A stretch of 64,000 nucleotides of DNA from Octopus bimaculoides (taxonomy: Eukaryota): positions 71,632,360 to 71,696,359 of the forward strand of contig NC_068981.1 in assembly GCF_001194135.2 (NCBI RefSeq), given 5' to 3'. Of the stretch, positions 1-11,208 are shown one piece after another. Every line of letters starts with the position of its first letter. The first letter of the stretch is position 1. The notes under the pieces are model-generated. The model did not search any database and had not been told where the DNA came from. It saw only the letters and a list, made by a program, of their open reading frames with translations. Made by a program: the position numbers and the translations under genes.

Positions 1-984
1 TATCACATGGCTTGACGAGTCGTGATTTAAAAGCATAAGTTAGTCTGTTTGGAAATACATTGCTTTGATATCTATGGTTCTGGGGACTTTTCTGAGGTTA
101 TTGGCTATGAATAGGATTATTTCAACCAAATGATTTTTAGAAATGGCAGCAACATGCAATTTGTGTGTCAAAGGCTGAAATGAAAATATTATAAACACAA
201 AGTGGGTGCGACTTATTTACTGCTATGACTTATATTCAAGAATATACGATAGCCATTAATTACCAATATCATGTTTCTCACACTGCATATTTAATTTTAC
301 TTTTGCTTTTTCTTTTTCATAGTTCTATGCATTAGATATGCTTCCACCCACTTAACTATAGTTTTGTTTCAGTTGACTATTTTTCTTGCTCTTCAATAAT
401 TTAGTTTCTAGTTTATTTACACACACACATATACATCAAAAGCATCACTAATTTTATGATTTCTATTTAAATTCTTGAGGTGTTTTGGTCAGTAGGATAG
501 AGCAATGTATGTTAATGATGCTAATCCTGACTAATTTGTTTTAAATATTCAATTCTTTAGTTGTTATAATGAAGCAAACTAATATCTTTAAGTTTATGGC
601 TCAAAAAAAAAGATAAAGCAGGGGAAGCTTATGTTAACAACCTTCACTTATCTTGCAACACTATTTGTGAGTTAATATAATAACCATAACAGGACTATAA
701 TTGAATGTACTACATTAAAACTTAATTATCTTCAAAGTTACAATTCATAAATTTTAAAATCTAATTAGTTGTGTAAGGCAAATTTTCATTATATAGATTA
801 GATTGACAGCTAGAAGTTTTACATCTTTGTATTTTGATTTTTGTATCTTGATGTATTCCTTGTGTAGCAACTTTCCAAAAGCCTTTATACTGTGGCAATT
901 GAACTACAATACTCAGATTCACATTTTGTTGACAAGCTGGCTTAACACTCTGAGAATAAAGGAAATCATCAGGAATTGAGCTTT

Positions 985-1009
985 ATTTATATATATATAT
1001 ATATATAAT

Positions 1010-1053
<44 letters not shown>

Positions 1054-1138
1054 GATAGATAGATAGATAGGTGTGTGTGTGTATGTATGTGTATATATAT
1101 ATATATATATATACATACACACACACACACACACACAC
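985..1138. repeat. Compound microsatellite (TA)n(TG)n(GATA)n(CA)n
   Basis: Direct reading. Confidence 0.95.
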
Positions 1139-2329
1139 AGAACGATGCAGCATTGATACATATAATTATGTAAGAGAAAGGAATATGGGCATAGCTTGGT
1201 ACTCATTTATTCCAATTGTTACATATATTTCAGTATTCAATAACACATGATATCACACTACGGATACAACCAGTAGATGCAGCTTATAGGGCAAGCATGG
1301 AGCAAACACATTGTCAGACAATCGATAAAAAAAATAACTGTATATAATTATCTATGGATAATTATTATTTCACATTATGGCTCAGCCTATGTAATCTATG
1401 TATTATATATATATAGTTGTACTGCAGTATATAATATCTGTTATTATTGGTAAGAAACTCTCAGAAGAGATGAATAGCAGAAGGGCTTCAGAAAAGAAAC
1501 ATAATTCAAGCAAGTGTTTCAACTCTTAACTTCTTACACTATAAGGGGACTCTGTTGCAACCAGGTCATGACACTTGTGTGCCCTTCTGCCAATACTTTT
1601 AGCTACTTATGCATTTAAACCATATGGATATTTAACAAGATCTAGCTGGAATTCCTCTCTGTTGCCTCTGCTTTCAAACTTATCTTCTTTGAGTTTAGAA
1701 ATAACATTGATAGTTATGATAGCTATGAAACATTATTTTAAACTGGAGCATTGTGAAAATATTTTACAGTATTTGTTCTGGCTCTTTACATTCTGAATCA
1801 AAATCTGCTGAGATCAACTTGCTTTTTATCCTTTCAGGAACAATAAGTAGGGGTTGATATCAACTAATGCCCTCCACTCAAAATTGCTGGCTTTGTGCCT
1901 AAATCAGAAACCATTATTTTAAACAGGAACATCAGAAAATTTCTTTGCAATACTTGTTTTGGCTCTGTACTTTCTGAGCTTAAATTCCATTGAGATCAGC
2001 TTTGCCTTTCATCCTTTCAATAAATAATTATTTTCCTCATTTTAAGTACAACCTCTCATTCTAATTCAATATTCTGAATGAATACATTGCTTACAATTTA
2101 GAATGTTTTGAAGCAATACTTATTATTTGTTTCTGGATTTTCATGACAGTCATATTTTGCAGAGAATAAAATACTTGGTCTGTTTTCATTTCTTAAGTGT
2201 ATAAGTTACTTCTTATATTGTTTTTTTTATTTAGGATAAGAACCATAAGCAAGTCATTGTCTAGCATCATAGTTTTCAGTAACCACCTCAGATTTTTGTA
2301 GTCTTACAAGCAATGGCACACAAAAAAAG

Positions 2330-2485
2330 CACCCAGTATGTGCCATAGAGTGGTAGATTTTAGAAAGGGCATCCAGCCATTGAAAGCATATGGACACTAG
2401 CATGATGCAGTTCTTCAACCCATTAGACCCTGTCAAACTGTCCAACCCATACCAACAGGGAATATGGGCATTAAATGATGATGAT
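2330..2485 (+). mobile_element. Old RTE 3'-tail copy
   Basis: agggcatccagc..ctgtccaacccat..aaatgatgatgat. Confidence 0.6.
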
Positions 2486-3034
2486 CTTAGAATATGTTGG
2501 GATATATTTAGCTATTTGAACTTGTATATAACCTGTATGATTGTATTGTTTTCCAAAACTCTTCTGGAACTAAAGGAGTTTGATCTTTTCTTTTCAAATT
2601 TAAAGTGATAAACTTTTCCATTTATCTTATCTCCATCCAGGATTAAGCACTTTGTCTGAGCAGCTCCTTTCCTTCCTATATTAGCCCAATGTTTTTGTAG
2701 TAGTTTGTAAATCATTAATACCTCACACCCATTGTATGTGCATGTGTGTGTGTCACTTCCTTCTCCCATAATTTGCAACATGCTTCTTGTTCTTCTTTAA
2801 AAAAATTTTTTGCTTAATGCAGAGATATCTAAGAAAGGAATTATCACATTACCTATGTCTGTTAAAAGTAGGAAAGTTTAAATATCTGGAAATATTCCAA
2901 AAAAATAAAAGCCTATTTTACTATCTTTCTACCACTTAAACTGTCAGGCCATAATTTTGATCCTCTTAACAAATGATACAAACTACATTGTTCATGTCCA
3001 AGTAAAAGAGAGAATAATTAATAATTTGACTATT

Positions 3035-3065
<31 letters not shown>

Positions 3066-3881
3066 TTTAGTAGAGAGAGAAAGAAAGGGGAGAGTATAGG
3101 CTGGGAAATGGCTTCATCTCTTAAGCCATTGCTCTAAATCTTGTATTCTTTCTTCAAATCACAAAATTCTGAAGCTTCACCCAGTGACTTTCATTTGTAT
3201 CTGAACATCTAAGTATTATACTCTATTAACCTTACTTCCTACACATTAGGGTATTAGGTCACTGTATACAAGCTGTCTTAAAAGCATATGAATATTTTGC
3301 TTTCACTAACCATTAAAAAAATGTAGCTCTCAGCATTCACAATAATCACTGTTTATATAATTGTCAATTCTTACTCTTACGGAACACTAACCACATAAAC
3401 TTACAGCTCTTGAAAGTACAAAAGCTTTTGTTCAAAATTAACATGCTTCTGTACATGGTACATATTCCTTCAAATAGCAGCTCATGCATGTATTCACAAA
3501 AATGAATCTCACAGTCAATTCTTCTAGTACTCTTTTTATCTTTTCCTCAAATCTTTCATACTCAGATCTTGTATACATTTTATATATATTTATCTATATA
3601 CCATCACCCTATGTTAAATATAATCATAAGTGTATGCTCCTGAAAGTTTAAATATAAGGAACACTGACTGCATTTTTATGTATGTTTTTAAACCAATATA
3701 AATGTTTACCTTATATTTTTATTTGCAAAAAACGAAAAATTACTGCCAGTGAAACTATTGATGAATAAACAATAAGAAATTTAATTTTATAGATGTTATA
3801 ACACTCAAGGTGTGTTGTTATATGGACCTTGTAAAGTTCCCTCAAATTATTTTCGCCAATGCATACATAATATCCCTTAGC

Positions 3882-3920
3882 AACCAGGTATGTTGTTATG
3901 TTATAACAACATACCTGGTT
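3882..3920. repeat. Perfect 18-bp inverted repeat with a 3-nt spacer
   Basis: aaccaggtatgttgttat-gtt-ataacaacatacctggtt. Confidence 0.95.
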
Positions 3921-4362
3921 TCTGAAGGTTGTATGTATGCATTGGTGAAAATACTTTCTAATAAAGCTTTACAAGGTTCATTATGCTACTAAAGGTTTCA
4001 GTTAATATTAGCTCACACATTTTAAACCATGCTTCAATCTATTTTCCCAAAATAAATGCTCAACAAAGTATGTACTATAAATTTGAGCATCAGACCCTGT
4101 ATCAAGGTTTATTACAGTAAATGTATGACAATATGATTAGATTAAAACTATAGTTGTAATCAGCAGTGATGTGTATAATTTATAACAGTTGTGATTTTTT
4201 GAGAAATATAAAGTCTGCACCAAAGTTATAAACTAAGATATAGAATTATTGTATATTGATTTAAAAGTGAGATCTCAAACATACAACAGTTCTTAAAAGA
4301 GATACAATGGAAACTTAATGAAAATAATTATTCCCTTGAACATATAAATAAAACTCAATACA

Positions 4363-4402
<40 letters not shown>

Positions 4403-4772
4403 AAACCCTGCTGCTTCTTACAATTATGATTGCAAAGCAAATAAAATTGAATACCAGTGGATTTTCTAAAACTGATTTTTACTTGCATTTAAATAGTTTA
4501 TTTGATGGTGCAAATTTTCTCAGAGAGAATTTTTTTCTACAACACACTTCTAAAGTTTTTTGCACATAAAATGATTACCTGTTCTCATGCATTCATACAG
4601 CTGCTACTTAGTACAGCTAGTGATCTAATCTACATTATATTTCTCACCTTCAGTATTGCTTTCATTTACTGTAATGAAATAATCTTCCAGCAAACTAAAG
4701 TCATTAAAATATTTCGTATTCCACCCCACTTAAAATACAGGATTTTGAACCTTGTGAAAAAGAAATCATAGT

Positions 4773-4856
<84 letters not shown>
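4773..4856. repeat. (TA)n microsatellite
   Basis: Direct reading. Confidence 0.95.
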
Positions 4857-4861
<5 letters not shown>

Positions 4862-5434
4862 TCTATATTGCATAACATTTTTTCTCAATTCTCATTGTAA
4901 AGGGCAGGAATACTACAATTTTCCATTTCTCTTCATATTTTAACATTTGCTGGAATAACTATTTCAAAATATAGCTATTGCATCATACCCAATAGATAAG
5001 GTACATTATTGTTTATGTAATCTACTTACCTGGAAGTAACTATCACCTAAGTTGTTATCCAATATTTGGTCAGTTTACATTTTCTCACATAGACTTTTCC
5101 ATTTATTGGAAAAAACAGAATCAGTTTACTTTGTAAGAAATGGAAATGTTGAAACATTTATTCTTTTCTTGTAGGTATTATTATCATCGTAAGTAAGTTA
5201 GCTTCAGCTGAGAAATTAAATTAGTTCAGTTTTTAAGAAGCCTCTAATACTTTTGATGTTTATTCTTTAGTCAAAATCAGTGATTTTTTTTTTTGTGAAG
5301 TCCTAAAAACGAGAGTTTACCATTATCAAAGTAGGACATCCCACATTGACTAAATATCTTCAAATATTTCTAAATCCCATACAAATTAGAAATAGTAGCT
5401 TAACATTTTCTTCACGAATGTTGATCAAATAAAT

Positions 5435-5910
5435 AGAATTATTCAGTATCTGACATTCAGACTCATTCGCCTCACAAGGGAGATCACTCTTTATATACAA
5501 AGAAGTGTTGCAGTTTCCTACTCTTTAATAATTTTTCGAAAGCGAGAATACCGTAATTTATTTTATAGAAGTGTAACCTGTCTCTGTTGTTTGAACACAC
5601 AATATATCTCAATGTTTAAGATAATTGCAATTCATAGTTCCTTAAATTAAAAACAAAATATACTTTACAAAAACGTGTTTGAACAGAGTGAAAATTTGAA
5701 AGAAAATCAAATACGTTTGTTTCAAAACTTTCAATAACGGCAATAAATCTTTCTCACATAGTCTTCATGTCCAAATATAAGGGTTATATTTCATCCAAAT
5801 AAGTTTGTTATGCCTTTCAGAACAAAATTCTTAAAATGTGATGCTCCTTAGTGTATGAAGAGTAATCTCCCTTGTTGTGCGAAAGTTTCTGAACATCCTG
5901 TATTCTAATC
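5435..5910. mobile_element. Degenerate DNA-transposon/MITE relic with long inverted ends
   Basis: About 5440-5500 (caagggagatcactctt) is the inverted counterpart of about 5850-5910 (aagagtaatctcccttg). Confidence 0.45.
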
Positions 5911-8419
5911 ATTATCATGTAGGTTATATAAGGATAGTGAAAGCATTCTGAGCTTAACCTATTTGATTATTGATTTATAATGCTAAACGTTTACATGACA
6001 TTATGCTACTTTTATAAGTTGAACGAAATATAATAGAAAGATGGTGTATCACTCACTTTATTAACACCACTATAGAACCAATGCATAATTATTACTAATC
6101 ACTTGTCTTAAACAAGATTACATTTTCCTTCCCAAGTTGTTAGTATCTGAAAGTATATATACACTACTGCATTTTTTTTTTTTTTAGGTAATAATAATAA
6201 GCTTTGCATTAAAATACTTCATGCAAATTTTTTTTCTAATTCCTTTTTAAAATCACTTTTCTATTTCAGTTATGCATGCTTTTTTTTATGTTGTCCTGAA
6301 ATATAGCATGCCTGATCTAATATTACATTTTTTTTTTTTACACTTTATCACAATTTCTTTGTTTCTGATAAAATATCAAGACAACTTCATAAAATATTTT
6401 TTTAAGAAATCTTATAACAAATGTATTTTTATTAAAAGTGAAATGATAATGTGTTAGGATTTTGTGATCTGTTATTATTAGTTTTGTAATTTTTATATTA
6501 AATGATTAAATTGATTGATTTGATAGAAAGTTAAGTATCAACTACTGTAGTGTTTTATAATTTCAGACTATATACAACTCATAATTAGCTTATTTTGATG
6601 TCATTCCAATGAAGGCCATCAATTAGACAGTCTAGCAGATTTTAGAACAATCAAGAAAAATAGACTATAAAAATACCTAAGTGTCCTGTACAGCCCACTA
6701 TGTAATCCTTGGTACAGAAAAGGACCACTTGTTTTCCACATTCCAAAAACATTCATTGTAACAGACAATCTTCATGGATTAGTGAAAATAAAAAAATGTT
6801 TAATGAGTTTTTTTAAATAGTTGAAATGTTTTTATAATACAAATTAGTAGTACATTTATTAACATTATTGTGAAAAAAGTTTTTTTTTTTTTTTTTTACA
6901 AAGGAAATTTTCTAAACTTCTATATTCCATCTGAGTAATTTTAAATGATCAAGAATTTGATAATTTCTTAAAAGGACCAATTTATACTTTTTTGTCCCCC
7001 AAAAGAATTCTCTAAATGCTTCCTATATGGTTTGTTTTTATTAATTAGAAACAAATACACATTAAAAATATTCTGTGAGTGCTGATGTTGACTCCCTATG
7101 TAAATAAAATTGTTATATTTACTGCTAAACAATTATCTTTTCAGCTGCAGTTAATTTGTAGACCAATTCACTTACCATTGTCTCTTAATGATCACTCTTT
7201 GTTTCTTTAAGTTTAGATAACTTTACTCCTCTGTGTCTTGGACTTTAAAATAATTCCATTATAAAATAAAATGCATTAAAAATACTTTTTAACATTATTT
7301 CTAGCGTTATCTTGAGTTATTTTGTTTTGAATCTGCATTTACATGTTAAACTTCCACTCCAATTATTACCAGTCAACAGTGAGAAAGTCATTGAAGTATA
7401 GATTGCTTGTCAGATGCTCTACATCATGCCAGACTTCATGACAATATTTTTAATACACACATAATTTGTATAACAAAGTCATTTTTCTAACATATGCCAA
7501 GCATTAAAAACAGAATCAGTTTTAAAATGCAAATATATTTAATGTTTAGAAAAAGATATACAATACATATTTTAAAACATTATTACAAAAAGTAAATTAT
7601 TTTTTTTTAAGAATGAAAACTTGAATAAAGCAAAGATTATAGTTCTTTAAAAAAATTATACAGGACTTCAAAAGCAAGAATTTAGTTCTTAATTCTCGAA
7701 ATAGGTTTTATAATAAAAAAAATCAGATTCTCTTTTCAGATCTATTGGGTGCATGAATGATTTAAAAATTCCTGTTTTAGAGAAAAGAATTTAGAATTAT
7801 ACAAGTCCCATTATATGAGACTTAATACCTGCATTAAGACCCATATATTATAACACATAAAACATACAATAACATTACAAAATGCTGTCTCGATATTTCT
7901 TTAAGGCACATATTTAAATTTCAAGCCAGTGAATCCTGAAAGTCTTGACTTGATATGCAGAGGATACATTAATTCCACCACACTAATGAGACAATGTTAA
8001 ACTGTATGATGTTCAGTTTTATAGCTGGTATCATTCGAAATCACAGCTACACAAAATATGGTAGCATTACTACGAAAGGATTTTATGCAAAATGATATAA
8101 ATCATAAACTTTTGAACTGCATCCAACATATTTCAATTACTTCTTGACATTAAAATAAGATCTTTAATTTTAATATTTAAACTTTTGGTGTGATGCAGGT
8201 GATCATGTTTTCTGTTTTGTTCATTACAGAAATGAAGGTCAACACTAAAATATAACTTGGATTTTTAGCAATCAGATTCAAGTATTCACTTCTGTTTCAG
8301 AATCGATTTGCATTGTCTTATGTCATAAGCCAGTTAAAGATGAAGGGTGAGGCAAATAGATATATTGCATTTAGGAATAAGACTAAATGCCTGCACTAGA
8401 ATAAAAAGGAATTAAGTTC

Positions 8420-8567
8420 TCAGTTGGTGAGAGTATTCCAAGCTTGATATAAACGAGTTGTAATGGCCTCTAGAACTGGTTGGGTGCAATGAATAGCCGT
8501 GGAACCAGTTTTCAGAGAAGGTGCCAAAGATAGCAGAGATTCCAGAGTGGTAGAAGTATCATTCAAC
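8420..8567 (-). CDS. M28B-like gene exon 12 (terminal)
   Basis: tattttttcag|G TTG AAT GAT to AAC TGA. RLNDTSTTLE resembles GCPII RMMNDQLMFLE. Confidence 0.82.
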
Positions 8568-11172
8568 CTGAAAAAATAAATTTGATAATGCACTTAAAAG
8601 AAAATAGCTTTCAAGTATTCATAGACATATGTACATTTTAGTATACAATTTTTATAGTTTCTATGCAAAAAATTTACACAAGCTGTTGAATCTATGCTGT
8701 CAGTGACTCTAAAAAGTGAACATCACACTGCTTTATTTAATCTAGGAGGCTGGTAAATAGTTTTATTCCTACTAGTAAGAAAGAAGGTAATTCAAAACTA
8801 ATTGTTACCATTTGATTTTAATAGTATGTGAATTTCCAAAATTGTAGAAATCCTTTAGATCAAAGTGTATAATACAAAATATACTTATACAAGCATATAA
8901 GTAAATACAAATCTTGGAATGCTTTGGTTTTGGTAACGTTGAAGAATTTGTCTTTATGTTTTTAGTTCCCCACTCATAACTGAGTATGGTTATCTTGATG
9001 TTGTAATGTAAGGTAGAATGGTTTTAGAAAAGGTTAAAGGTGAAACAGTTCTATATCACAATCACCAAAGATTTCCTTCTCACCACTAACTATTTAAACA
9101 TGTTAAAAAAAAGAAAAAGAAAAAGAACAAAATGAATTATTTAGAATACCTGGTGAGTGGAGCCAATATTTTATGCAATGCCAATGATTCCTGTTGACAA
9201 TCTTTTTTTAACCACTGGCCATGTGATGATTTTTTATTCTTTGGTGGAATATTTGAATGTTTAAAAGCTGCTGGATGATTGATAGTACCAACTAAGGACA
9301 ACATTTCTGACATAGCATCACTAAGGGCATCTGAAAAGAAACAGTTTAAAGTTACTCAACCAAACCAGTTATTGTTCCACTTTTATAAAAATGAAGTTAA
9401 GAAAGATGTGGAAGAGGGAGACCCAGGAAGACATGGGACGGAATATCGAAAGCTGATTGCAAGATACTGAGCTTTATGAAAAGACAGATATCTGGCACAT
9501 TGCTGTACTCATGAAGGACTGTCCGCCATAGCAGAACTGATACCACTGCTAGTGCCACATAAAAAGCAGCCAGTACACTTTGTGGAGTGGTTTGGCATTA
9601 GGAAGGATATCCAGCTATAGAAGCCATGTCAAAACAGACAATGGAGCCTTTCTTATAAACATTAGCCTAGTACCAATATAAGAAATCCTTGTTTTAGAAT
9701 GTTTGTGAAGTAGTGCATGGTAAAATTTACATATACGCACATGGATGTTGAAAAACTGAACAGCTTCAATTTAACTCATCAATATTATCAAAGCGAAACA
9801 CAGGTCATAAACAGTTCTTAACACAAAGATAGCTAAATTAACCCTTTTTGCACCAGCTTGCCTGAGACCGCTCCTGGTTCTATAGTTTTAAAGTGAACTA
9901 AGTTAAACTAAACACCAGCTTAATAACAACAAAATTAGTTTACAAAATATTTTTAAAATGACAATTATTTTACAAAGTATTTTCAAAATTAATTGAAACA
10001 CAGTGACAAAAGAGTTTATACCTACACATATATTATGGTCTTCACAGTGAAATAATTTCTTTATTTAATACAATCAGAATGGATATAAAAATATATGTGG
10101 GGAGGGGAAACTAGAGGATATTTGGTAACTATTTGGGGCCCTAATTAAAATCAATAATGTTGAAGTAGGGATGTTTTTGCAATGTGTAACTGTATTTAAG
10201 ATCCTGTCTTAATATTAGCTTACACTTAAAGATGGCAAGCAGGCAGAATCACTACTGTGCTGAGCAAATTGCTTAGCAGCATTTCGTCTGTTTTTATGTT
10301 CCGAATTAAAATGCCGCCAAGGTTGACTTTGCCTTCCATCCTTAAGAAGCCGATGAAGTAAGTACCAGTTGAATACTGGGGTTGATGTAATTGACTCACC
10401 CTTCCTCTGAAACTGCTGGCCTTGTGCCAAAATTTGAAACCAATATTAACTCACACCTCATACATTCCTTTCTGAGAAGTGAATGTGGTAAAAAAAAAAA
10501 TAATCAGTCTTCAGCAATGACTTAATATTAAAATGTTCTATTACAAGTCTAGGAAACACAAGCACTATAACCCACACATATACATATGATGGACTTTTAG
10601 TATCAACCTACCAAATTTACTCACAGGGTTTTGGCCAACCCAAAAGTGTAGCAGAAGGCATTTGCCTAAGGTACTTTGCAGTGGGACTGAACCCAAAATA
10701 ACATGGTTCAGAAGTGAACTTCTTTCCCACATGTCCATTTTACAAATAACTGATTTAATTTGGTGTCAGATAGATGAAGTAACATATTAAAGGCATCTAA
10801 GTCAGATATTTCAGTCTTCCAGCTAACCTGCAGCAGCAAACAGGAAATCACTCCCTTGTTCAGTAATGAGATCCTGATATTAGCTAAATCACATCTGGTG
10901 TAGTTCAGTCTCAGCAAGACACCATCAATAATTTCCTCATCACTCCTTCGTGCTGAAGTGGTGATGTTTTGCTTTTCTGACAAGTCCTAATAAGATCAGA
11001 ATATGTCCTAGGTTATTTCCTTTACTGGCTAGAATAATAATAATAATATTTCGGATGTGTATTTGGTGGGCAAGATTCTTGATGTGAATACGTGTGTTGA
11101 AAGAGATACTATTAAACCTTGGGAGAGGCATTATGCATGTGTTTATTACCAGCATAATGCCTCTCCCAAGGT

Positions 11173-11208
<36 letters not shown>

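Noticed and set aside
919-1206. ORFs rich in YI/CV/HT repeats here and elsewhere
   Set aside because: Translations of microsatellites.
5380-5540. Cys-containing minus frame (GNCNTSLYIKSDLPCEANESEC..)
   Set aside because: Overlaps a degenerate inverted transposon end and lacks a credible acceptor.
10708-10983. Minus ORF as a possible exon after exon 10
   Set aside because: Weak acceptor and no family similarity. 9150-9330 fits phase and homology better.
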